In this document: in pieces, positions 15,001 through 24,961 of the stretch
How the letters are laid out: each line of letters starts with the position of its first letter
Numbering within the stretch: position 1 is the stretch's first letter
DNA from: Eledone cirrhosa
Lineage: Eukaryota
Length of the DNA stretch: 64,000 nt
Assembly: GCA_964016885.1 (NCBI GenBank)
Contig: OZ024756.1
Location: 4,960,001 to 5,024,000, forward strand
Direction of reading: 5' to 3'
Notes under the pieces: generated by a model
What the model saw: only the letters and a program-made list of their open reading frames with translations
Databases searched by the model: none
What the model was told of the DNA's origin: nothing
Translations under genes and position numbers: made by a program

Positions 15001-17970
15001 TGTTGTGAGGTATATTTGATTGTTGGTTCATTGCTATCTCTAGTACTGTTGTTGTGATGTATATTTGATTGTTGGTTCATTGCTATCTCTACTATTGTTG
15101 TTGTGATGTATATTTGATTGTTGGTTCATTGCTATCTCTACTACTGTTGTTGTGATGTATATTTGATTGTTGGTTCATTGCTATCTCTACTACTGTTGTT
15201 GTGAGGTATATTTGATTGTTGGTTCATTGCTATCTCTACTACTGTTGTTGTGATGTATATTTGATTGTTGGTTCATTGCTATCTCTACTACTGTTGTTGT
15301 GATGTATATTTGATTGTTGGTTCATTGCTATCTCTGCTACTGTTGTTGTGATGTATATTTGATTGTTGGTTCATTGCTATCTCTACTACTGTTGTTGTGA
15401 TGTATATTTTATTGTTGGTTTATTGCTATCTCTACTACTGTTGTTGTGATGTATATTTGATTGTTGGTTCATTGCTATCTCTGCTACTGTTGTTGTGATG
15501 TATATTTGATTGTTGGTTCATTGCTATCTCTACTACTCTTGTTGTGAGGTATATTTGATTGTTGGTTCATTGTTATCTCTACTACTGTTGTTGTGATGTA
15601 TATTTGATTGTTGGTTCATTGTTATCTCTACTACTGTTGTTGTGATGTATATTTGATTGTTGGTTCATTGCTATCTCTACTACTGTTGTTGTGAGGTATA
15701 TTTGATTGTTGGTTCATTGTTATCTCTACTACTGTTGTTGTGATGTATATTTGATTGTTGGTTCATTGCTATCTCTACTACTGTTGTTGTGAGGTATATT
15801 TGATTGTTGGTTCATTGCTATCTCTACTACTGTTGTTGTGATGTATATTTGATTGTTGGTTCATTGCTATCTCTGCTACTGTTGTTGTGATGTATATTTG
15901 ATTGTTAGTTCATTGCTATCTCTACTACTGTTGTTGTGATGTATATTTGATTGTTAGTTCATTGCTATCTCTACTACTGTTGTTGTGATGTATATTTGAT
16001 TGTTGGTTCATTGCTATCTCTACTACTGTTGTTGTGATGTATATTTGATTGTTGGTTCATTGCTATCTCTAGTACTGTTGTTGTGAGGTATATTTGATTG
16101 TTGGTTCATTGCTACCTCTAGTACTGTTGTTGTGAGGTATATTTGATTGTTGGTTCATTGCTATCTCTACTACTGTTGTTGTGATGTATATTTGATTGTT
16201 GGTTCATTGCTATCTCTACTACTGTTGTTGTGATGTATATTTGATTGTTGGTTCATTGCAATCTCTAGTACTGTTGTTGTGATGTATATTTGATTGTTGG
16301 TTCATTGCTACCTCTAGTACTATTGTTGTGATGTATATTTGATTGTTGGTTCATTGCTATCTCTACTACTGTTGTTGTGACGTATATTTGATTGTTAGTT
16401 CATTGCTATCTCTAGTACTGTTGTTGTGATGTATATTTGATTGTTGGTTCATTGCTATCTCTACTACTGTTGTTGTGATGTATATTTGATTGTTGGTTCA
16501 TTGCTATCTCTACTACTGTTGTTGTGATGTATATTTGATTGTTGGTTCATTGCTATCTCTAGTACTGTTGTTGTGAGGTATATTTGATTGTTGGTTCATT
16601 GCTATCTCTACTACTGTTGTTGTGAGGTATATTTGATTGTTAGTTCATTGCTATCTCTACTACTGTTGTTGTGATGTATATTTGATTGTTAGTTCATTGC
16701 TATCTCTAGTACTGTTGTTGTGAGGTATATTTGATTGTTGGTTCATTGCTATCTCTACTACTGTTGTTGTGAGGTATATTTGATTGTTAGTTCATTGCTA
16801 TCTCTACTACTGTTGTTGTGATGTATATTTGATTGTTAGTTCATTGCTATCTCTAGTACTGTTGTTGTGAGGTATATTTGATTGTTGGTTCATTGCTATC
16901 TCTACTACTGTTGTTGTGAGGTATATTTGATTGTTAGTTCATTTGTATCTCTACTACTGTTGTTGTGATGTATATTTGATTGTTAGTTCATTGCTATCTC
17001 TACTACTGTTGTTGTGATGTATATTTGATTGTTAGTTCATTGCTATCTCTAGTACTGTTGTTGTGAGGTATATTTGATTGTTGGTTCATTGCTATCTCTA
17101 CTACTGTTGTCGTGAGGTATATTTGATTGTTAGTTCATTGCTATCTCTACTACTGTTGTTGTGATGTATATTTGATTGTTGGTTCATTGCTATCTCTGCT
17201 ACTGTTGTTGTGATGTATATTTGATTGTTAGTTCATTGCTATCTCTACTACTGTTGTTGTGATGTATATTTGATTGTTAGTTCATTGCTATCTCTACTAC
17301 TGTTGTTGTGATGTATATTTGATTGTTGGTTCATTGCTATCTCTACTACTGTTGTTGTGATGTATATTTGATTGTTGGTTCATTGCTATCTCTAGTACTG
17401 TTGTTGTGATGTATATTTGATTGTTGGTTCATTGCTACCTCTAGTACTGTTGTTGTGAGGTATATTTGATTGTTGGTTCATTGCTATCTCTACTACTGTT
17501 GTTGTGATGTATATTTGATTGTTGGTTCATTGCTATCTCTACTACTGTTGTTGTGAGGTATATTTGATTGTTGGTTCATTGCTATCTCTACTACTGTTGT
17601 GAGGTATATTTGATTGTTAGTTCATTGCCATCTCTACTACTGTTGTTGTGATGTATATTTGATTGTTAGTTCATTGCTATCTCTACTACTGTTGTTGTGA
17701 TGTATATTTGATTGTTGGTTCATTGCTATCTCTACTACTGTTGTTGTGATGTATATTTGATTGTTAGTTCATTGCTATCTCTACTACTGTTGTTGTGATG
17801 TATATTTGATTGTTGGTTCATTGCTATCTCTACTACTGTTGTTGTGATGTATATTTGATTGTTAGTTCATTGCTATCTCTACTACTGTTGTTGTGATGTA
17901 TATTTGATTGTTGGTTCATTGCTATCTCTACTACTGTTGTTGTGATGTATATTTGATTGTTGATTCATTG
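1..17970. repeat. 49-bp satellite array, about 365 monomers, running off the left edge
   Basis: Unit TACTGTTGTTGTGA(G/T)GTATATTTGATTGTT(G/A)GTTCATTGCTATCTCTAC recurs with period 49 (positions 1 and 50). Occasional monomers lack one GTT. Confidence 0.99.
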
Positions 17971-17999
17971 TATATGTTGCCAAACTTGAGGGGCGGTGG

Positions 18000-18200
18000 A
18001 TTGACTATATCGGTGGAGAGTCGGACACCATGTTTTGCACCATAGAGTTACGGTCTTTTACAGTCTGAGTTCAAATCCCACCGAGGTTAGCCTTGCCTTT
18101 CATCCCTACGGGGACGATAACAAAAGTACCAGTAACGCAATGGCGTCGATCTAATCGACCCCCCACCAATTACTGGCCTTGTGCCTATACTAGAAATCCT
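18000..18200 (+). mobile_element. tRNA-derived SINE
   Basis: B-box-like GAGTTCAAATCCC, then core GCCTTTCATCCCTACGGGGACGATAA..AAGTACCAG and tail CTGGCCTTGTGCC. Diverged copies recur across the window. Confidence 0.8.
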
Positions 18201-18366
18201 ATTTTGCCAAACTTGTTTTATTTTCAGTTATATTCAAATGATGAGTTCCGTCTCAGTTTTCCATTAATACCAGTTAACAAATTCTCAGCTTCATATCTGT
18301 TTCTATATTTCTTATTTAACTCTTCTTCTTGATGCATTTAATATTCGTCCCTCTTATGTTACTGTA

Positions 18367-18420
<54 letters not shown>

Positions 18421-18422
<2 letters not shown>

Positions 18423-18686
18423 AAGGCGGGTAAAATTCCCGAGATCCATGGACGAGTTCTCTCCAGCGGTCTCTGTCCCTCATTATCGCTGCCATGTCCT
18501 GCGTCTCCAACAGACCAGTGTCTGTCCTAAGGGCATCAACATACGTTAATCTTGGTCTTCCTCTTTTAGTGTGTCCATGTAGGGGCTCCCAAAGGAGCAC
18601 TGAGTGCAATGTCAACTCTGGATGTCGGTGAGGATGTCCAGCTAACCTCAGTCTCCCCTGTGTCACTTTTGAGCTGACTTTTGGGA
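18421..18686 (-). pseudogene. 3' fragment of an RTE-type non-LTR retrotransposon ORF, embedded in (TA)n
   Basis: Translation RLRLAGH..LLWEP..GRPRLTYVDAL..D.G..MRDRDRWRELV is a typical RTE post-RT C-terminus. The stop codon abuts (TA)n, and TA also flanks the 5' end. Confidence 0.8.
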
Positions 18687-18696
18687 TATATATATA

Positions 18697-18950
18697 TCAA
18701 TGATATTAATAAAAGGAAACTATATTTATAACACCATATTTATTCTATTATATATATTTTAACTTTGGTGCGCACTCATTAGATAAAATACAAAGTTTGT
18801 TTTATAAATATTGACATGTCCAGGAACGAGACCTTCACGGTTCACGTTTTACCTGATATTATACTCCAGAAAACTTGTCGAGTGCTTCGAATCAGTTATA
18901 AATATATATATTTGTTGAACTACCAAACAATTAAATATTCCTTTGTTTAT
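18697..18950. mobile_element. HHR family 1 element with inverted 5' part and degenerate ribozyme
   Basis: 18697-18853 matches 22165-22331 in the same orientation, while 18856-18950 matches the reverse complement of 22073-22165. The core is mutated (CTAATGA on minus) and partly deleted. Confidence 0.75.
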
Positions 18951-18972
18951 ATATGTATATATATATATACAA

Positions 18973-19166
18973 AAATATTTAACCCCGACGGCAGAGCTCA
19001 AGCCGTTTCGACGGCTATTTCTGGACTCAGAGTCCAGAAATAGCCGTCGAGACGGCTTGAGCTCTGTCGTCGAGGTTAAACATTTTCCTATTACTGACTC
19101 TACTACCCTAACTATTGAGTACTCTGGTGCGTTATGGTCCACCTGGTTCCTTACCACACCTACTTT
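18973..19166. mobile_element. HHR family 2 hairpin element (3' half of a hammerhead) in (TA)n
   Basis: About 55-bp inverted arms are centred near 19030. The minus arm reads GAAA-CGGC-TTGAGCTCT-GCCG-TC. The tail is homologous to 34420-34500 and 53200-53285. Confidence 0.75.
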
Positions 19167-19227
19167 ATATATATATATATAATCGAATATAAAAGAAAGA
19201 TAAACACAGATATAAACATATGTATTC

Positions 19228-19352
19228 AAATCGTAAGCTTTGCCTTTCATTTTTACGAGGCCGGAGTCTATAAAATAAAGTACCAGTCATGCACTGGGGG
19301 CGATTTAATTGACTTTCCTCACCCCCGAAATTGTTGGCCTTGGGGCTAAATC
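19228..19352 (+). mobile_element. Partial SINE copy
   Basis: TTTGCCTTTCAT..TATAAAATAAAGTACCAG..CACTGGGG..TTGGCCTTG matches the SINE core. Confidence 0.65.
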
Positions 19353-19453
19353 AGAGGGACAGTTTTACTATCAATAATGGCATCTTTACAATCCGTAATG
19401 GCAGCAGCCTAGACATATATATATATTTATATATATATATATATAGATGTATG

Positions 19454-19513
<60 letters not shown>

Positions 19514-19551
19514 ATATTAATAAATGGAAACTATATTTATAAAACCATATT

Positions 19552-19616
19552 TATTTCATTATATATATTTCAAGGATACCAAGTTAAATCATGGTATGCC
19601 TTCATCAGACAAATTA
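19552..19616 (-). ncRNA. Type I minimal hammerhead ribozyme (family 1)
   Basis: Reverse-complement copy of 19698-19762 with intact CTGATGA and GAAA. Confidence 0.75.
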
Positions 19617-19697
19617 CAATATATAACAGTTTTACAAATAGATATTGACGTACCCTTTCAAAAAGATGACCGTTGCTTTTGGAGGCCATCCAAATTG

Positions 19698-19762
19698 TAT
19701 TTTGTCTGATGAAGGCATACCATGATTTAACTTGGTATCCTTGAAATATATATAATGAAATA
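19698..19762 (+). ncRNA. Type I minimal hammerhead ribozyme (family 1)
   Basis: TATTTTGT-CTGATGA-AGG(C)ATACCA..TGGTATCCTT-GAAA-T-ATAT-A-TA|ATGAAATA. Stem I has 8 bp including 2 GU, stem II is long, and stem III is palindromic. Confidence 0.8.
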
Positions 19763-19918
19763 AATATGGTTTTATAAATATAGTTTCCATTTATTAATAT
19801 TGTATATCTACTCCAAATATTTGTCGAGTGCTTTATATCAGTTATAATAATATTTGCTTGTTGTATCCCAACAATTTAAATAGAACTTTTGCATATATAT
19901 ATATATATATATATATAT

Positions 19919-20444
19919 GGTGGTAGAATACTGGAAGCTAATATCCGTAGTGGTTGAGCACTCAGTCCATGGGACGAGTTAGGTAGAAGTGGTTACACAA
20001 CAGTTAGTTCCCCATACCGAGAACAATTGTTTCACCTTAACGGATCCTCACCTCGTAATGGGCATGGTTATACGGAACAGGAATACAACCGTACGAACGC
20101 GCATGCGCAGAAACCCGTCACTTCACACAGGCAATTAATTTTTCACACGTTGTCCACACGTCTCGAAGCACCTATTGCATATCTACAAACCTCCGGATTG
20201 GATGAATTATTGTAACATCAATATTTTTTCTTATCAACTAAAAACTTTTCGGACTTTCGCAGTTATCTTCCTTACATCTCTGGCACGCATTTTAGTATTG
20301 CCAGTGTGAAGTGACGGGTTTCTGCGCATGCGCGTTCGTACGGTTGTCCTTCCTGTTCCGTATAACCATGCCCATTACGAGCTGAGGATCCGCTAAGGTG
20401 AAACAATTGTTCTCGCTATAGTGAACTAACTGTTGTGTAACCAC

Positions 20445-20448
<4 letters not shown>
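19919..20448. mobile_element. HHR family 4 inverted-duplication element in (TA)n
   Basis: About 150-bp inverted arms at 19984-20135 and 20297-20448, with an extra tail at 19919-19983 on the left arm. Confidence 0.85.
20378..20415 (+). ncRNA. Type I minimal hammerhead ribozyme (family 4)
   Basis: CGAG-CTGAGGA-TCC GCTAA GGT-GAAA-C-AATT-G-TT|CTCG. The inverted copy at 20018-20055 has the core mutated to GTGAGGA. Confidence 0.8.
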
Positions 20449-20505
<57 letters not shown>

Positions 20506-20508
<3 letters not shown>

Positions 20509-20885
20509 ATGTCTTATGATAGCTAGGATGCGTCCAAAAGCGGTATGCTGGTTGAGCACTCTATGCTCCTACGGAGCAGAGTATGATAGAATGGAAAACG
20601 AAGAATCAGTGATGCATCCAAACTCAATTTATTACGTATTACAATTGTTTACCCGGCGAACAGCTCGTGGTGCGATCTGTATATGGATCTAACCAGACTC
20701 TGATTCCAGAGCAAATCCTTGCAAATTTGCTCTGATATCAATAGACCTGTCTGAGGAACCTACGAATCCAGAGTCAGGTTCGATCCATACACAGTTCGCA
20801 TCTCGAGCTGTTCGCCGGGGAAACAATTGTAATACGTAATAAATTGAGTTCCGATGCATCACTGATTCTTCGTTTTCCATTCTAC
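20506..20885. mobile_element. HHR family 5 inverted-duplication element in (TA)n
   Basis: Inverted arms at about 20587-20705 and 20765-20884, with a tail at 20506-20586. A diverged homolog lies at 55186-55292. Confidence 0.8.
20746..20836 (+). ncRNA. Type I minimal hammerhead ribozyme (family 5) with long stem II insert
   Basis: CCTGT-CTGAGGA-ACC..GGG-GAAA-C-AATT-G-TA|ATACG. Stem I is imperfect in this copy. Confidence 0.6.
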
Positions 20886-21195
20886 ACACACACAAATATA
20901 TATATATATATATATATATACACATCTTCCGTATTGCCAATCTTTGCTCCCAAATACAAGAGGTCCTCAACCAATTCTAGCGGCTTTCCGCCTACATTAG
21001 TGATCCCCTCTGGCTTCTCAACATTCTCTACCATTTATTTTGTTTTAGTCGCATTCATTCATATGGAATGATGATGTGGTTGAGAGGAAGAGCAAAGCTA
21101 GTGTATGGAATCTATAACCTATGAAAGGCAGGGTAGACACACGATAATTAAAAATATAAATTAAAGTTTATATACATACCTCTATAACTATATAA

Positions 21196-21276
21196 CACAC
21201 GTACAAATCCAAAGAGATCTGTTTCGCCAAGAAGTCGTTGACTGAAATGAAATAGCCCATGGTTCATCAGCGTGAG
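21196..21276 (-). ncRNA. Type I hammerhead ribozyme with full stem III (family 6)
   Basis: CACG-CTGATGA-ACCA..TGGC-GAAA-CAGATC TCTTTG GATTTG-TA|CGTG. Confidence 0.85.
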
Positions 21277-21697
21277 TAAGGCTATACATTCCAGACAACT
21301 CTAAGAGAATCTAAAGCGACCGTCCAGCTACACGTGGGAGAGGGATGTCACAGCATGTTTAGGGCAGGGAACCAGTGGTGTCTGAGGGACAAGCTGCTAG
21401 AAAGGGCAGCCCAAAACCACTCAGAGAAGTGTGCTCAACCAAACAGAGAGAGGAAAGACTGTTATAAGGAGCGAAATATCACGATAAATTAACGGAGCCA
21501 TAGACTCTCGCTATTCCCTGTCAATAATATGCTCAAAGGAGAAGGAATCCTGAGCTCTCTAAAATACAATATGTTGAAAAGAGAGAGATAGTGCGCCACT
21601 GGTTCCCTGCCCTAAACACGCTGTGACATCTCTCTCCCGCGTGTAGCTGGACAGTCGCTTTAAATTCTCTTAGAGTTGTCTGAAATGTATAGCCCTG

Positions 21698-21778
21698 CAC
21701 GCGCTGATGAACCATGGGCTATTCCATTTCAGTCAACAACTTCTTGGCGAAACAGATTTCTTTGGATTTGTACGCGTG
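21698..21778 (+). ncRNA. Type I hammerhead ribozyme with full stem III (family 6)
   Basis: CACGCG-CTGATGA-ACCA..TGGC-GAAA-CAGATTT CTTT GGATTTG-TA|CGCGTG. Perfect 6-bp stem I and a GUA cleavage triplet. Confidence 0.88.
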
Positions 21779-22006
21779 TCCTATATAGTTATAGAGGTGT
21801 GTATATACATTTTAATTTATATTTTTAATTGTGTGTCTACCCTGCCTTTCATAGGTTATAGATTCTATACACTGGTGGTTTTTCCCTGTTTTATTGATGG
21901 CGCACTATCTCTCTCTAGTGTGTTACCTTAAAGAGCTCAGGATTGCTTTTCCTTTGAGCACATTATTGACAGGGAATAGCGAGAGTCTATGGCTCCCTTA
22001 ATTTAT

Positions 22007-22072
<66 letters not shown>

Positions 22073-22075
<3 letters not shown>

Positions 22076-22335
22076 CAAAGGGATATTTAATTTGTTGGTA
22101 ATTCAACAAATATATATATTTATAACAGATTCGAAGCACTCGACAAGTTTTCTGGAGTATAATATTAATGATATTAATAAATGGAAACTATGTTTATAAA
22201 ACCATATTTATTCTATTATATATATATTTCAAGGGTACCAAAACTTTGTTACGCCCTCATCAGATAAAATACAAAGTTTCTTTTATAGATGACATATCCA
22301 GGAATGAGACCTTCACGGTTCAGGTTTTACCGTTA
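22073..22335 (-). mobile_element. HHR family 1 element, colinear copy
   Basis: Contiguous homolog of 18697-18950 and 19510-19892. The 3' end abuts (TA)n. Confidence 0.8.
22209..22271 (-). ncRNA. Type I hammerhead ribozyme (family 1 variant)
   Basis: TATTTTAT-CTGATGA-GGGCGTAACAAAG..TTTTGGTACCCTT-GAAA-TATATATA-TA|ATAGAATA. Stem I pairs over 8 bp. Confidence 0.78.
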
Positions 22336-22340
22336 TATTA

Positions 22341-22414
<74 letters not shown>

Positions 22415-22608
22415 GATAAATCTACCACTCAATGGTAGGGTCTAAACCGTATAAAGAACTCAATGTAATCCGTATGTAGAAGTCGTGAAGCAAAGTTTAA
22501 AATACAAAATTTTTTATCAACGATATAATTCAATTGGATACAGAGTCAAAATAGAAATATTAAAACAATGAAATTAAACACAAAACTGTTAATTCATAGT
22601 AAAACACA

Positions 22609-22742
22609 ATATTTTACGATCGTTTCTGGGGGGTAGTTCCCTGTATGTTCATTCAATTATTGATCTATGTAAAACATATTACAAAATATCATAGTAAGAA
22701 AAATATACATACGTCTTCACTACCCGCCGTCTTCAGAAATAA
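22609..22742 (-). ncRNA. Type I minimal hammerhead ribozyme with about 100-nt stem II domain (family 7)
   Basis: TTATTT-CTGAAGA-CGGCGGGTAG..CTACCCCCCA-GAAA-C-GATC-G-TA|AAATA. Confidence 0.78.
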
Positions 22743-22744
22743 GA

Positions 22745-22883
22745 TTATTTCTGAAGACAGCGGGTAGTGAAGACGTATGTATATTTTTCTTACTATAATA
22801 TTTTGTAATATGTTTTACATAGATCAATAATTGAATGAACATACAGGGAACTACCCCTACCCCCAGAAACGATCGTAAAATAA
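22745..22883 (+). ncRNA. Type I minimal hammerhead ribozyme with about 100-nt stem II domain (family 7)
   Basis: TTATTT-CTGAAGA-..GGGTAG..CTACCC..-GAAA-C-GATC-G-TA|AAATAA. Confidence 0.78.
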
Positions 22884-22951
22884 TGTGTTTTACTATGAAT
22901 TAGCAGTTTTGTGTTTAATTTCACGGTTTTAATATTTCTCTCTCTATATAT

Positions 22952-23262
22952 AAAGTGGCTTCCTTGTTCAATCATCTTACCAGAAGCCTGACATTATTTA
23001 TGTAAGCGGACGGTACTTGATTTAGGAGCCGCAGAAACCCATATACTGGATTTTACCAACCTTCCAGGGGTCCGGGTAAATGTTCAATACCCGAATTACT
23101 TGATCGTTTTTTTGGCTATGCGAATGACTGTTTAACCATCGTCTCAGTGTGTTTGGCCTTTAACGTTTGTTATAGCTCTGGTTCATCTGAATCATCGAGC
23201 ACTTTCCTCACATCTCGGAGGTTGTTTTTCGTTATTTCGTGGGCCGAAATGCGAATCTCGAT
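22952..23262 (+). repeat. Unclassified interspersed repeat, homologous to 52235-52570 on the minus strand
   Basis: Shared blocks such as AAGTGGCTTCCTTGTTCAATCAT / AAGTGGCAGCCTTGTTCGATCAT, CCAGGGGTCCGGGTAAAT and GCCGAAATGCGAATCTCG. Both copies are TA-flanked. Confidence 0.65.
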
Positions 23263-23292
23263 AATTTATGTTTGTTTATATATATATATATC

Positions 23293-23332
<40 letters not shown>

Positions 23333-23634
23333 CGAGAGAGAAAGGGTTAGAGAACTTTATGTCAATTCTGACATCCATAGAAACAACTGGACTATCCATA
23401 TCAACCAACTTCTTCCAGAGAGAGGGGAGGTAAGAAAGAGACAGATACAGAGAGGTGGGAGTGAGAAAGAGATAGAGAGAGAGGTAGTGAGAGGGAAATA
23501 CGAAAGAATTGGTTTCGTAATGCATTTATCAACCTTACAAAGATGAAAGACTAAGTTGACGTGAGTCGGAAGAAATACTGCGAAGCTATTCTACCCAGCT
23601 CCACTAATTCGCCTGGATATCTCCACGTCACGAT

Positions 23635-23639
<5 letters not shown>

Positions 23640-23667
<28 letters not shown>

Positions 23668-23679
23668 CTGGTATGTGTG

Positions 23680-23777
<98 letters not shown>

Positions 23778-23873
23778 TACCAGACACACAAATACACACA
23801 CACATATATATATATACACACACCAGACACACACTTACTAGACACATACACACACACACACATCACGTTCGAT

Positions 23874-23941
<68 letters not shown>

Positions 23942-24013
23942 CACACATACCAGACACAAATACACACACACATATATATATATACACACACCAGACACAC
24001 ACACACTTACTAG

Positions 24014-24050
<37 letters not shown>

Positions 24051-24170
24051 TCACGTTCGATTATATATATATTAGTATATATATACTATCACTCTCGCTT
24101 ATACATGCATACATACGTACGTATATATGTATGTACACAAATACACACACACACACCTCACACACACACA

Positions 24171-24201
<31 letters not shown>

Positions 24202-24273
24202 TTGTATATCTATCACGCTCGCTTATACACACACACACACACTTATATATACTGAATATCTATCACGCTTGCT

Positions 24274-24311
<38 letters not shown>

Positions 24312-24312
24312 C

Positions 24313-24382
<70 letters not shown>

Positions 24383-24471
24383 TAAATCTATCACGCACGC
24401 TTATACACACACACACTGTATATCTATCACGCACGCTTATACACACATACTGTATATCTATCACGCTCGCT

Positions 24472-24536
<65 letters not shown>

Positions 24537-24810
24537 TATATCTATCACGCTCGCTTATACACACACACGCACACGCACACTTATATATATACTGTATATC
24601 TATCACGCTCGCTTATATATACACACACACACACACACATATATATACTGTATATCTATCACGCTCGCTTATACACACACACACACTGTATATCTATCAC
24701 GCTCTCTTATACACACACACACACACACACACACATACACACACACATACACACATTCATACTGTATACCTATCACGCTCGCTCATATACACCCTCCCCC
24801 CCACACACAC
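23640..24810. repeat. Compound (CA)n/(TA)n microsatellite with recurring spacer CTGTATATCTATCACGCTCGCTTATA
   Basis: The spacer recurs more than 10 times between variable-length CA tracts at 24200-24790. Confidence 0.9.
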
Positions 24811-24961
24811 GTATGTATAATTTATTCCCTTAGTTTGTCTTATCTTCCTGGGTATATCATCTCGCATATCTTCTCTGTTCTATACAATCTCTATATTTGT
24901 TGTCTAACCTTCCTTATAACATCCTTATTAACTTGTTGATGTAAACACAGACTCCTCTCAT

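Larger units (their letters stand above)
19510..19892. mobile_element. HHR family 1 inverted-duplication element in (TA)n
   Basis: Near-perfect inverted arms at 19510-19620 and 19693-19803. The right arm has an extra tail to 19892. (TA)n lies on both sides. Confidence 0.85.
20923..22012. mobile_element. HHR family 6 compound element with interleaved inverted repeats (A-B-A'-B')
   Basis: A at 21100-21378 is inverted at 21596-21872. B at 21477-21598 is inverted at 21898-22012. (TA)n flanks both ends. Confidence 0.8.
22415..22940. mobile_element. HHR family 7 fold-back element
   Basis: About 190-bp inverted arms at 22552-22742 and 22745-22939 with almost no spacer, and a tail at 22415-22551. 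Confidence 0.85.

Noticed and set aside
1-17970. CRISPR-like or telomeric array
   Set aside because: The units are contiguous tandem monomers with no unique spacers, there are no cas genes, and there are no TTAGGG runs.
18790-18853. Minus-strand VKVSFLDMSIFIK resembling an RT FLD motif upstream of the family 1 HHR
   Set aside because: It is too short, flanked by stops and not conserved in the 19.6-kb copy.
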